A stretch of DNA of 64,000 bases from Candidatus Bathyarchaeia archaeon (GTDB lineage Archaea; Thermoproteota; Bathyarchaeia; Bathyarchaeales; Bathycorpusculaceae): assembly GCA_038882975.1 (NCBI GenBank), contig JAVZNE010000006.1, positions 1 through 64,000 of the forward strand, written 5' to 3'. Each line of letters begins with the position of its first letter. Positions within the stretch are counted from its first letter, which is position 1. The notes beneath the pieces were generated by a model, which was given only the letters and a program-made list of their open reading frames with translations, made no database searches and was not told the DNA's origin. Below are positions 18,745 to 28,868 of this stretch, one piece after another. The position numbers were made by a program, and so were the translations under genes.

Positions 18745-18835
18745 TTAAATTATAGTGCCCCCTGATGCGAGCGTCAGCTCGCCATTCAGCTTGGCGTCAG
18801 CCGAAACCTCAAGGGGATGGGGGTTAAATTATAGT
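18745..18835. repeat. 12-bp direct repeat TTAAATTATAGT flanking a 67-bp GC-rich hairpin cassette (MITE/REP-like)
   Basis: Repeats at 18745-18756 and 18824-18835; the insert starts GCCCCC, ends GGGGG and contains two hairpins with GTCA loops. Confidence 0.6.
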
Positions 18836-18849
18836 AAATTATTCATTAT

Positions 18850-20913
18850 ATGTATTTGCAATTCATAATTATTATATTTTTGACATTTCAAGCAAAGTTC
18901 AAAGGTTGTGAAAAATTGAAGAAGAAAGCGTTAGTCTTTTTAACGGCTTACCTAGTTGCTGCCCTATTCCCAGCAAGCCTTCTTCGCTTCGCTTCCGTGA
19001 AAGCCCACAGCGGCGTCGTGCTTTCAGCTTGGACTTGGGAAGCCCCAGCAATTGACGGAACCATAGGCGAGGATGAGTGGAGTGCTGCAGCTAAAATCGA
19101 ATTTAACATAACTACTTCAGACCACATATATAACGGCACTCTTTACGTCATGAATGATTACGAAAATCTTTACTTAGCTGCTAAAATAACAGACGATGAT
19201 TTTGGAACTGATGAAAGCACATATGACGTTTTCGCCTTCTTCTTCAACAATGACCATGATGGTTGGCCTCCTCCAGAACACGGAGACGATGGACTAGTTT
19301 GCTGGAGCATCAGCGGAAGACCATTTGACGTCTTCTTCTACAACGACACCGTGGGATGGCCAAGCGATGCCGATTATGGAGGAGAACAAAATGGGGAGGC
19401 AGCAGCCTCTGGAGATGGCACTTATAACTATTTCGAGGTTGCTCACCCATTAGATTCAGATGATGACGCCCACGACTTTAGTCTAAAATTTAGAGATACC
19501 ATAGAATTCCTTGTAGCCTATGCTGATAATGGCAGTAGCCTTGCTGGTTTTTGGCCTCCTTTAGGCTCAGCCTTGCCCGACATAAAGGTTGCTGCACCAT
19601 TTTATCAAGGCGATTTAGTGTTGTCAGACGACGACGTTTACATCATCAATGGAGAGTTTAATATTAACGGAAGCATAATCGTGACAGAAAACGCCACCCT
19701 CGTCTTAAAAGATGCTGCTGTAACCTTCACTCAAACAACTAATTTCCAGTTTAACATAACTTTAAAAGACGCTGTAGACGGAAGACCACGTTTAATTGTG
19801 GACAACGCCACAATCGACGCTGGTGGCTTCATTGCAATAATGCTTTACGAGAACAGCACAGCTCAGATAAATCAACTAAAAGTAGCAGTCGCAACGTGCC
19901 TATGGTTAGAGCTAAGTGACATTTCATCTGCAATTGTGGAAAACTCTGCTTTTCTAGGCATAATGCTATACGGCTCTTCATCCATAAATCTTGGCCATTC
20001 AACCGTCGGCGTCGCACACGTCTACAGTGCTGAGGGAATCAATATCATCGGTTCTTCATTGTTCGAATTATTCGCCTACCTTAATTCAACGGTGGAAGTT
20101 AAAGACTCAACAATTACCTGTTTAACAATCCATTCATCGACAAGGCAAACCCTCATCAGCGAGCTTGAACCATCCACGTTTTCATACTGGAACTATTTAG
20201 AAAACTGTTCGGTAATCCTTGAAAGCGGCGGCTACGCTCCAAACGTAACCTTGCACAATACCCATGTGGGCAACTGGACCCTCTACTTCACGGATTCCCA
20301 GCACACAATAATTTACTTCTCAAAGCTGCATGAACTAAGACTCATCGGTTCGTCAAAAGCTGCTGTTTATGATACATATGTTTATAAAGTGTGGCTTGCG
20401 GGATCTTCAAGGCTTAACGCCACCGATTCAAAAGCTCACGAGGCACATTTAAGTGGTTCCTCCATAATCTGGTCTGTAAACTCTACAGGCGAAGTTGTTC
20501 AAGTTAGCGGTCAAGCTGCGATATACGTGAACTGGTATCTCGACGTTTACGTTAAAGATTCCCTTGGACAAGATGTGCCATACGCAAATGTAACAGTCAC
20601 ATGTGCCGATGGAACAGTAACCGCCAAAGGAAAAACAAACATGTATGGATGGGTTAGATTGACAGCGCTGGCGTCAATTATAAATGCTACTGGCGAGTTT
20701 CAACAATGGCCCCACAACGTTTCAGCAACTTATGAAATTTACGAAAACAGCACCATAGTTAACGTAAACGGAAACAGGCAAGTGACAGTTGTGTTGTCAG
20801 AGTTTATCGTTCCCGAGTTCTCCGCCTTACTTCCTTCGATGGCCGTGCTTGTAGCTGCCACGTCTGCAACCGCAATGCTTAGCAAGGGCAAAAACGCTAG
20901 GAAAAAGCATTAG
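18850..20913 (+). CDS. Secreted surface protein: CBM9/DOMON-like domain, beta-helix-like repeats, PEF-CTERM-like anchor
   Basis: Signal peptide; APAIDGTIGEDEW...YVMNDYENLYLA; many NxS/T sequons; IVPEF + TM helix + basic tail. Confidence 0.75.
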   Translation: MYLQFIIIIFLTFQAKFKGCEKLKKKALVFLTAYLVAALFPASLLRFASVKAHSGVVLSAWTWEAPAIDGTIGEDEWSAAAKIEFNITTSDHIYNGTLYVMNDYENLYLAAKITDDDFGTDESTYDVFAFFFNNDHDGWPPPEHGDDGLVCWSISGRPFDVFFYNDTVGWPSDADYGGEQNGEAAASGDGTYNYFEVAHPLDSDDDAHDFSLKFRDTIEFLVAYADNGSSLAGFWPPLGSALPDIKVAAPFYQGDLVLSDDDVYIINGEFNINGSIIVTENATLVLKDAAVTFTQTTNFQFNITLKDAVDGRPRLIVDNATIDAGGFIAIMLYENSTAQINQLKVAVATCLWLELSDISSAIVENSAFLGIMLYGSSSINLGHSTVGVAHVYSAEGINIIGSSLFELFAYLNSTVEVKDSTITCLTIHSSTRQTLISELEPSTFSYWNYLENCSVILESGGYAPNVTLHNTHVGNWTLYFTDSQHTIIYFSKLHELRLIGSSKAAVYDTYVYKVWLAGSSRLNATDSKAHEAHLSGSSIIWSVNSTGEVVQVSGQAAIYVNWYLDVYVKDSLGQDVPYANVTVTCADGTVTAKGKTNMYGWVRLTALASIINATGEFQQWPHNVSATYEIYENSTIVNVNGNRQVTVVLSEFIVPEFSALLPSMAVLVAATSATAMLSKGKNARKKH

Positions 20914-20936
20914 GCTTGTCCCTTTGATCCCCATTT

Positions 20937-21497
20937 TTATTCTTTTGTTAGATATCCGCCGAACCCTACTGCCCATAGTAGAATTGGGTAAGCTATCATG
21001 CGCTCCATCCCACCCTTTCCTAAGCTAAGATACATCCCCCGTCCAAAAAGTATGAGCGCCGCCAGCGAAATCATGCCCAAAATAACTGCGAAGTAGGATA
21101 GAGGGGGCTTCTGAAACTTGTAGGAGGCTATGGCTGACAGTGCTCCAAACAAGAAGGCTGTTAGAGAAACTAGGAGATGTGTTATTCCGAAGTCCTCTGG
21201 GAATATTCCAACCCCCATGGCGCCGACTCCGCATAAAATTAGAAGGCATAGAAAGACCTTGTTCGCGATAGTTTGCCTCAGAAAGTAAGCACCAGCCGCC
21301 ACTGTCAAGCCGAGCAGAAAAACAGAAGTGTTGAAAATGGGAGCTGAGGGTGCATCTAATTTTCCAAGGTCGCTTATGTAGTTGTTGGAAACGCTGTAGC
21401 TGGGATAAATGCACTCGGCGATCAACATGCATAAAATGAATTGGGTTGCCCCCACAAATATTAGGGCTCCAGCCACCTTACTACTTACCTGCTTCAT
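20937..21497 (-). CDS. DUF998 family membrane protein
   Basis: YSVSNNYISDLG, GVGIFPED, GGMERMIAYP; five hydrophobic segments. Confidence 0.85.
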   Translation of the reverse strand: MKQVSSKVAGALIFVGATQFILCMLIAECIYPSYSVSNNYISDLGKLDAPSAPIFNTSVFLLGLTVAAGAYFLRQTIANKVFLCLLILCGVGAMGVGIFPEDFGITHLLVSLTAFLFGALSAIASYKFQKPPLSYFAVILGMISLAALILFGRGMYLSLGKGGMERMIAYPILLWAVGFGGYLTKE

Positions 21498-21547
21498 AAC
21501 ATTAAATGAACTTCAGAGTTCATAAGCTTTAGTATCAAAGGCTCTTG

Positions 21548-22387
21548 TTATCCGAAGTTTTTGAGAAGGGCATGTATGGCTTTTCCAACACTTTCGCCCT
21601 TATATCCGCCTTCCAGAACAAAGAAGATCGGCTTCTGCAGAGCCGCGAGCATCTTGCCAATCTCATAATAGGTTCTTTCAGTTAATCCGAGAGAGGCCAA
21701 ATCTCCAGCGTAGGCGTCGAAACCGGCTGAAACGGCTATCACATCAATCTTTTGCATGTCCACTTTTTTTAAGGCTTCTTGGAGGGTTTTTAGGTAAACT
21801 TCCTCGCCGCAGTCCACTGGTAGTGGATAGTTTAGGCAGTTAGCCTCTGAATAGTAGCCAGTTCCGGGGTAGTGGGGATGCCTATGAAGTGAAACATAAA
21901 CAACTTTTGGGTCTCCTTGGAAGATTTCTTGTGTTCCATTTCCGTGATGCCCATCAATGTCCAAAATGAGTGTGGGCTTGTCTAGGTGTTTGACTGCCAC
22001 TGCGATGTTGTTTATGTAGCAGAAGCCCTTGGTATACGCGCCTAGGGCAATGCCATACTTGCCCGCGTGGTGTCCCGGTGGTCTCATGAGTGAGAAGCCT
22101 TGGATTTCTGCGGCTAGGATTGCGGCTCCGGCTGAAAGCCTTGCATACTCGTAAATGTTTTCGTAGGCTGGGGTATCTGGGTCCTCTATGGCTCCCCTTT
22201 TGAGCAATTCTATGTATTCCGGGTCGTGAACTTTTAGGAGGTCTTCTTCCTTGGCTGGTTCCGGTGTTATAAACTCGTAGCCTCGCTCCTTTAGGATTTC
22301 GTAGGCTTTTTTAACCCTTTGGGGGCTTTCAATATGCCACGACCCATACTCTAAGCACTTTTCTGAAAAAATTATTTTCTTTTTCAC
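21548..22387 (-). CDS. Histone deacetylase family / acetoin utilisation-like deacetylase
   Basis: HIESPQR, RPPGHHA, GFCYINN, DIDGHHGNGTQ, SAGFDA, LEGGY. Confidence 0.92.
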   Translation of the reverse strand: MKKKIIFSEKCLEYGSWHIESPQRVKKAYEILKERGYEFITPEPAKEEDLLKVHDPEYIELLKRGAIEDPDTPAYENIYEYARLSAGAAILAAEIQGFSLMRPPGHHAGKYGIALGAYTKGFCYINNIAVAVKHLDKPTLILDIDGHHGNGTQEIFQGDPKVVYVSLHRHPHYPGTGYYSEANCLNYPLPVDCGEEVYLKTLQEALKKVDMQKIDVIAVSAGFDAYAGDLASLGLTERTYYEIGKMLAALQKPIFFVLEGGYKGESVGKAIHALLKNFG

Positions 22388-22441
22388 TTGTGCACCAGCT
22401 GGTTTGTGCTTTTAGCTTAAATTGGCTAGTTTCATATATTA

Positions 22442-24433
22442 GTGTTCACATTTACTGTTGACGGTGGAAAAAGGCGAAATCTCATGGTTTCAGAGAACCC
22501 CCTCGCAGAGTTGAGAAGAGAATGCGAATCCGTGTTAAGAGATGCTATCGAAAAGCTTTCACTTGAAATGCCGCCTAAACGTTTGGTTTTTGAGAAGCCG
22601 CCAGTTTGGGAGTTTGGTCAGCTGGCCTCCTCCATATGTTTTGAGCTTGCTAAGCAGATTGGTGAAAAACCTCTGCTTCTTGCTGAACGCCTCATAAATG
22701 CCATGGATAGGTCAAAGTTTTCGTTGATAGGCAATGTCACAGCCGCTGGCGGGGGCTACATAAACTTTTATGCAAATTTTGCGAAATTCTCCGAGCTAAC
22801 TATAGAGTCTGTTAGATGTTTGGATGACACATACGGGCTTGTAAAAGTTGAGAAGCCCTTGAAAATTATTGTTGAGCATACAAGCGTTAACCCGCTTCAT
22901 CCAATACATATTGGACAGGCAAGAAATCCAATTCTCGGTGACGCCATTGCACGTTTGCTTTCGGCTAGGGGGCATGTGGTTTCACGACATTATTATGTAG
23001 ATGATGTTGGAAGGCAGACAGCCGTAATCGCCTATGGCTATGAAAAGCTTGGAAGACCAAAGCCGCCAGAGAAGCCTGACCACTTCATTGGTAAAATTTA
23101 CACTATAACAAGCTGCCTTGTGGAGATTAACCGTCTTAAAAGGGAGCTGGAGCGGGCTAAGGCTGTTTCAGCCGAGAACGAGATTGTGAAGATTAATAGG
23201 GAATTGGATGATTGGATGTCCGTCGCCTTCGAGTTAAAGAGCAAACATCCCGAGCTTTTTGAAAAGCTGCTTCGGAAAATGGGCGAAGATGAGGATCCGG
23301 AAAGGGTTGTTAGCGAACTGAATAGGGCTTATGAGGCTGGAGACGCGAAAGCTAAGCGGCTTATTAGGGAGGTCAGCCAACTCTGCCTAGGAGGTTTTAG
23401 GGCTACCTTGAGCCGTGCAGGCGTTTTCTATGATTCTTGGGATTGGGAGAGCGACCTTGTTTGGAGCGGGCTTGTAGCGGAAGTTCTCCAAAAGTTGAAG
23501 CAGACGCCCTATGTCTCCTTTCTCGGTGGCGTTTTAGAGTTTGAAGCTGGCAAAGTGGTTGAAGACCTTAACTTGAGGGATAAGCTGGGCTTGAGAAGGG
23601 ATTATGTTGTTCCTTCTTTGACGCTTGTTAGGGCTGACGGTACAACACTTTACACGACCAGGGATATAGCCTACACCCTATGGAAGTTTGAAAGAGCCGA
23701 AAAATGCATAAACGTCATTGGGATGGAGCAGTCTTTGGCACAGATGCAGCTGAAAATAGCCTTATACGCTTTGGGCTACGCCAAACAAGCCGAAAACTTG
23801 ACGCATTTTGCCTACAACCTTGTCACTTTGCCTGGTTATAAAATGTCTAGTCGTAGGGGACGTTACATAACATTGGACGAGGTTATGGACGAGGCTGTGA
23901 GCAGAGCATATGATGAAGTTGCAAAACGTTCGCCTCAGCTGCCAGAGGGGAAGAAGCGTAAAGTTGCAGAGTTTGTAGGTATAGGTGCTGTCCGCTATGC
24001 GCTTGTGGAGGTTGACCCATCAAAGCCTGTCGAGTTCAGCTGGGAACGCGTGATAAACTTTGAGAGGAACAGCGCCCCATACATTCAGTATACTCATGCT
24101 AGGGCTTGCAGCATACTACGGAAAGCCTCGAGAAAGCCTGAAAAACTAGACCATGGCTTGTTGATGGAGAAGCTTGAGAATGAAATTGTCTTTGCCCTAG
24201 CCGAGTTTCCAGAAGTCTTCATGGAAGCGGCGGACCTTCTCAAGCCAAACATGGTAGCCGATTATGCGAATGCTTTGGCTGACAAGTTTAACACTTTTTA
24301 CAACACTTTTCCTGTTATAAGGGCTGAACCGCCGGAACTTAGCGATGCAAGACTTGCACTGGTTGACGCCGTAAGAATTGTTCTGAGGAATGCCCTAAAC
24401 CTTATTGGCATACATGCGCCAGAAAGGATGTAA
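22442..24433 (+). CDS. argS: Arginyl-tRNA synthetase
   Basis: VEHTSVNPLHPIHIGQARN, LYTTRDIAY, KMSSRRG, APYIQYTHAR, APERM C-terminus. Confidence 0.97.
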   Translation: MFTFTVDGGKRRNLMVSENPLAELRRECESVLRDAIEKLSLEMPPKRLVFEKPPVWEFGQLASSICFELAKQIGEKPLLLAERLINAMDRSKFSLIGNVTAAGGGYINFYANFAKFSELTIESVRCLDDTYGLVKVEKPLKIIVEHTSVNPLHPIHIGQARNPILGDAIARLLSARGHVVSRHYYVDDVGRQTAVIAYGYEKLGRPKPPEKPDHFIGKIYTITSCLVEINRLKRELERAKAVSAENEIVKINRELDDWMSVAFELKSKHPELFEKLLRKMGEDEDPERVVSELNRAYEAGDAKAKRLIREVSQLCLGGFRATLSRAGVFYDSWDWESDLVWSGLVAEVLQKLKQTPYVSFLGGVLEFEAGKVVEDLNLRDKLGLRRDYVVPSLTLVRADGTTLYTTRDIAYTLWKFERAEKCINVIGMEQSLAQMQLKIALYALGYAKQAENLTHFAYNLVTLPGYKMSSRRGRYITLDEVMDEAVSRAYDEVAKRSPQLPEGKKRKVAEFVGIGAVRYALVEVDPSKPVEFSWERVINFERNSAPYIQYTHARACSILRKASRKPEKLDHGLLMEKLENEIVFALAEFPEVFMEAADLLKPNMVADYANALADKFNTFYNTFPVIRAEPPELSDARLALVDAVRIVLRNALNLIGIHAPERM

Positions 24434-24437
24434 CCTT

Positions 24438-25112
24438 TTAAGGTGCTTCTTGGATTATGGCTTTCGCTGTGCTTGTTCCTATGCGGTTGGCGCCAGCCTC
24501 TATCATGGCGACAGCGTCGGCGTAGGTTCTAATGCCGCCTGCGGCTTTAACGCCCATATCTTTTCCAACAACCTGACGCATGAGCTTAACATCCTCCACT
24601 GTGGCAGCTCCGCCAAACAAGCCAGTTGAGGTCTTAACGAAGTCGGCTCCAGCCTCTTTGACGATTTTGCATGCCGTTATCTTCTCTTCAGTGGTTAGGA
24701 GTGGCGTTTCAATAATCACTTTAACTGTTATGTTCCTGAACAAGCGTTTGATGTCGACAACAGCCCTTATGTCTTGCCTGACAAGTTCGTAGTCTCCTGA
24801 TTTTAATGCGCCCAAATTAACGACCATGTCGAGTTCGCATGCTCCGTCTTCGATGGTTTTTATGGCTTCTAAGGCTTTAACCTCTGGTAAGGCGACGCCG
24901 AACGGAAAACCTACTGTTGAGCAAACTTTAATGCCTGTGCCTTCGAGAAGTGATGCTGCCAGCTTCACGTATGTTGGGTTTACAACAACGCATCCAAATC
25001 CATATTGGATGGCTTCCCAGCATAATTTCTCAACTTCGGTTTTGGTTGCTGTGGCTTTAACAAGGGTGGAATCTATTAGTTTGGCTAGTTGCTTTTTTGA
25101 TATAGTCAACAA
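24438..25112 (-). CDS. deoC: Deoxyribose-phosphate aldolase
   Basis: VGFPFG, ELDMVVN, KVIIET, DFVKTSTG, VKAAGGIR, RIGTS. Confidence 0.95.
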   Translation of the reverse strand: MLTISKKQLAKLIDSTLVKATATKTEVEKLCWEAIQYGFGCVVVNPTYVKLAASLLEGTGIKVCSTVGFPFGVALPEVKALEAIKTIEDGACELDMVVNLGALKSGDYELVRQDIRAVVDIKRLFRNITVKVIIETPLLTTEEKITACKIVKEAGADFVKTSTGLFGGAATVEDVKLMRQVVGKDMGVKAAGGIRTYADAVAMIEAGANRIGTSTAKAIIQEAP

Positions 25113-25175
25113 ATTTCACCTTACTTTTAGAAGGATGTGTAAGCATTTATTGGTTTCTAAAATGTTGGATGTTCC

Positions 25176-25643
25176 CTAATCTTGGGAAATTGTTGGTATT
25201 ATTGGCATGTTGGCTTCTTTTGGCGTATAGGTTGGTGTGTAGGCGTATGGTTCTTCTGATGATGTTGGGTAGTATATGCGTCCATCCGGCGGAGTTAAGT
25301 TGTTGTAGTTGCTGTTTTGGTTTTGGGCTGAATCCTCAAGGGTTTGAATGTCTTCTTTTTGAAAGTTGCACTCTTCTGCAGGGTTTTGATTACCCATGTT
25401 TTGGTTTGGTTCCGCTGTTTTCTCCGTGTCTAAATTTACTGTTTGGTCGCCGCTATTTGGCTGTGTGCTGGTTTGAGGGGCTTGCGTGTTTTCTTCGATT
25501 TTTCCAGAGGATTCCTTCAATGCGTTGCTGGCTAATTTGTTTTCATTGATGGGGGATGGCGTTAGATTCTGGTTGGTTATAGCCAAGCTTGTTAAAGATA
25601 GAAGGAGAGTTATCGCCATTAAGGCTAGGAGGACTTTTCGCAT
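25176..25643 (-). CDS. Secreted low-complexity hypothetical protein
   Basis: N-terminal signal peptide followed by Q/N/T/P/E-rich sequence. Confidence 0.55.
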   Translation of the reverse strand: MRKVLLALMAITLLLSLTSLAITNQNLTPSPINENKLASNALKESSGKIEENTQAPQTSTQPNSGDQTVNLDTEKTAEPNQNMGNQNPAEECNFQKEDIQTLEDSAQNQNSNYNNLTPPDGRIYYPTSSEEPYAYTPTYTPKEANMPIIPTISQD

Positions 25644-25789
25644 AGTTTAACTTCTCCCTTCTCTTTTGTATTTAATAAAGGGCTCTTAGATTTATTATTT
25701 TCTGGTTTTAACAAGGTTTTTCACGCGCTTAGCATAGCATAGAAAAAGATTCCACAAAGCTCAAAAAGGTTTACGTAATAATTTTATTA

Positions 25790-27925
25790 TTGCCGAAATT
25801 GGAGAGGAGAGAAGAAATGAAAGTGAAATTGGCGGCCATTTTGATTGTGGCTTTTCTGATCGTCAGCACTTTTAGCTTGATACGTGTGGAATCCACCTCC
25901 GCTTCACCAGCACTGCCAGACTACACACCCATAGACATCGCAGACGCACCACAATACGACATAGTTATTGAAGAGCCGATTGAACCACGAAGCCACCACT
26001 CATACTGGAATGTGGGCGATATAGCCTATTGGCTCATAGGCGACTTTTACTGGGGCGTTTACAGACTCCGACCTTTCTATTTGGCAGCTATAGGCAATAC
26101 TGTCGAAATTTGGGTCGCAACCGACCTAAGATTCGGCTTACCTCCACGACCCCCAGATTGGCCCGGTGACCCCAGACCAACACCTGTGATACTTCCAGAG
26201 CAAATACAGTATATACTAGAGGAGTTTGATAACAAAATATACCCAATAGAAATCGAGTATTTTGGCACTCCAGACTTCCATGACGGTTCCTACGCTGCAC
26301 TACCAGGAATGCTTGGATTACCTCCAGACTATTATTATGAGGAAACAGGCAGAAACGTGATATTGGTTTCAAATATTAGGGATACAAACTACTATTATTA
26401 CACCTATCCCTACTATATTGCTGGCTTCTACACCACCGCTTTCGAATACTACTTTGATAGGAATGTAATAAGCATAGACTGCTACGATTGGGAGCACCGT
26501 GTAGGCCCACCAGGCTACGAGTGGATACCAGGCGTACCAGTAACACGCCCATACGTTTACGAAAGCACAGTCGCCCACGAATACCAGCACCTAATCCACC
26601 GTGACTACCAACCCGAAGCCGAAACCTTCATGAACGAAGGGTGCAGCATGTACGCGGAACTCCTATGCGGATACGGCATAGACGCAGCCTACCTAAACAG
26701 CTACTTCGCCACACCAGACAATTCGCTTACTGTATGGGGAGACCAAGGCGACATAAACATACTAGCAGACTATGGAGCAGCAGCCTTATGGGTTGTCTAT
26801 CTAAGCGACCACTACGGCGGAGCAGACCTAATCCGCTACTATGTCCAGTCGGGCATCCCGGGAATAGAGGGCATAAACAACGCCCTCAAAGCCTTCAAAT
26901 ACAAAGTAACATTCGAAGACGTTTACCATGACTGGCGACTGGCAAACCTAATCCGCAAAGACTTCCCAGGATGCAAGAAATACAACTACAAGAGCCTAAA
27001 CCTCAACGACCCAGAAATAATACCCGTCAGAATATACGAGATAAGCGGACTACCAGTCCCATGGACAAAAGGAACAGACTTCGGAAACACAATAACAATA
27101 CTAGGCTATGACACAGGCGTCTCAAAAATAGGACCCTTCGGAACAGACTACATAGCCCTCAAAGACTGGACAAGGCCAGGCATTATATACTTTGACGGAG
27201 ACGACATAGCACCATACGGATGGACTTATTTGGAGGAAGAGGGCATATGGTGGTCAGGCGCAGACAACCTAATGGACACACTACTAGTCGGTAAAGCATA
27301 CGTGGACCCAGCAGACCCAACACTAGTGCTAAAAACATACTGGGATATTGAAGAATACTGGGACTTCGGCTTCGTCCAAGTATCAACAGACGGCGGAAAA
27401 ACATGGACATCCCTAGAAAACGAATACACAACCTATGAACACGACCCAGAAGCCCACCCAGCCATAATCGCCAACCTACCAGGCCTAACAGGCTGGAGCG
27501 AAGACTGGATAACAATGGACTTCGACCTAACAGCCTACGCAGGAATGAATATACTAGTTGGATTCCGCTACATGACCGACTGGGCAACCCTCTACGAAGG
27601 CTGGTACATAGCCAGCGCCAGCGTAAGCGGAGTAGAACTAACCCTAACACCAGTCTACCCAGAAGCAGACTTCCAAGTAACAATAGTCTACGCCTACATA
27701 ATAGACGGAATGACCCTATACATACCATTAGACATGTGGCTCTGCGACAAAACAGAGACAGGCCTAGGAATATCATCCACCAAAAAGCCAAACTACACCA
27801 TACTAGTCATAAGCCCAACAATGCGCAAAGGATGGGTAGACTACAAATTCAAAGCCGAACCCCTGCCACTGCCAAAGCGGTGCATACTCGACAAACTCGA
27901 AAGATTTGAGGGTATCCTTCGCTAA
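25790..27925 (+). CDS. Secreted zinc metalloprotease (M30/M6 immune inhibitor A-like)
   Basis: Signal peptide; TVAHEYQHLIH...NEG.S gluzincin motif; YWDIEEYWDFGFVQVSTDGGKTW and FDLTAYAG..VGFRYMTD InhA-like C-domain. Confidence 0.85.
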   Translation: MPKLERREEMKVKLAAILIVAFLIVSTFSLIRVESTSASPALPDYTPIDIADAPQYDIVIEEPIEPRSHHSYWNVGDIAYWLIGDFYWGVYRLRPFYLAAIGNTVEIWVATDLRFGLPPRPPDWPGDPRPTPVILPEQIQYILEEFDNKIYPIEIEYFGTPDFHDGSYAALPGMLGLPPDYYYEETGRNVILVSNIRDTNYYYYTYPYYIAGFYTTAFEYYFDRNVISIDCYDWEHRVGPPGYEWIPGVPVTRPYVYESTVAHEYQHLIHRDYQPEAETFMNEGCSMYAELLCGYGIDAAYLNSYFATPDNSLTVWGDQGDINILADYGAAALWVVYLSDHYGGADLIRYYVQSGIPGIEGINNALKAFKYKVTFEDVYHDWRLANLIRKDFPGCKKYNYKSLNLNDPEIIPVRIYEISGLPVPWTKGTDFGNTITILGYDTGVSKIGPFGTDYIALKDWTRPGIIYFDGDDIAPYGWTYLEEEGIWWSGADNLMDTLLVGKAYVDPADPTLVLKTYWDIEEYWDFGFVQVSTDGGKTWTSLENEYTTYEHDPEAHPAIIANLPGLTGWSEDWITMDFDLTAYAGMNILVGFRYMTDWATLYEGWYIASASVSGVELTLTPVYPEADFQVTIVYAYIIDGMTLYIPLDMWLCDKTETGLGISSTKKPNYTILVISPTMRKGWVDYKFKAEPLPLPKRCILDKLERFEGILR

Positions 27926-28041
27926 TTAAATACCCCAAAACAGCAAACCTTACCCCACTTTTTTTGGCAATTCAAAACCCGTACGGTTCATGTTTTTGGT
28001 GTTTGTGATTCCTCTTCATACAACAAGCTTTATATTGAGTA

Positions 28042-28392
28042 TTGCGATATATGGCAGTTTTGGTGCAAGCTTTGGGAGGCCCATCGGAACGCGAATACAT
28101 GGAAAAGTTTGGCAAGCTTAAAGAGAAAATGAACAAAAAGCTTGCGGATTTCAGGAAACAATTTGAGAAAATTGAAAAAGCCAAAGTGGACCTGCTAAAG
28201 AAAACCAAAGAAATGAAACACGACGTTGAACGCGAAATACTAAAGATGGAGAATGAAATAGCGAAATCAAAAGATTTAGCTCCAGAATCAAAGAAAAGGC
28301 TCCGTTTAGAAATCGACACCCTAAAAAGCGAAATCCTGAAAAAGTGTGGGGAGTTAGAGGCCCGAATCGCCGAGGCAATAGCTACCGTTTGA
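28042..28392 (+). CDS. Coiled-coil hypothetical protein
   Basis: K/E-rich heptads; likely start ATG 28099. Confidence 0.55.
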   Translation: MRYMAVLVQALGGPSEREYMEKFGKLKEKMNKKLADFRKQFEKIEKAKVDLLKKTKEMKHDVEREILKMENEIAKSKDLAPESKKRLRLEIDTLKSEILKKCGELEARIAEAIATV

Positions 28393-28451
28393 AAAGATAA
28401 CTTCCAGTTTCAAAATTGCCAGCAAGCTTGCCTAAAGATGGCTGAGTTTAG

Positions 28452-28856
28452 ATGAGGAAAATCCTCCGTAAACAAAAATCGGCATACACACTTAGCTTAA
28501 CACTTTGCCTATTGGGAGTAGCAACCTTCACAGCGATTCTATGGAAAACTTATCCGACAATCTCCACAAGCAGCGATCCACTCTCAACCTTTTTGTCGCT
28601 TCTCTGGACGGAGGAGCTATCTCTCTCCTCATGGCTTTCCATCAAACTAATACACCTTGTCATATTAGGAGACATTCTGCTCATAGCCGGAGTTACATTG
28701 TGGGTTTTAAGTCGCCAATGGTTTGTTGTCCCCGGCAAAACCGTCTGGTTTCAATGCCCTTTCTGCAAGAAAAAATGGAGATCAACCGGGGATAAGGCCC
28801 TTGTCCACTGCCCCTATTGCCGTCAACTAGTCCACCCGAGAATCGCTGAGAAGTAG
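28452..28856 (+). CDS. Two-TM membrane protein with C-terminal zinc ribbon
   Basis: Two hydrophobic helices, then CPFC...CPYC. Confidence 0.65.
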   Translation: MRKILRKQKSAYTLSLTLCLLGVATFTAILWKTYPTISTSSDPLSTFLSLLWTEELSLSSWLSIKLIHLVILGDILLIAGVTLWVLSRQWFVVPGKTVWFQCPFCKKKWRSTGDKALVHCPYCRQLVHPRIAEK

Positions 28857-28868
28857 CCATTTCGCGTT

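Noticed and set aside
18745-18835. Possible minimal CRISPR repeat-spacer-repeat
   Set aside because: Repeats are only 12 bp, the spacer is 67 bp and structured, and there are no cas genes; kept only as a MITE-like candidate.
27183-27791. 202-aa minus-strand ORF rich in L/R/G
   Set aside because: Shadow of the A/C-skewed protease gene on the opposite strand.
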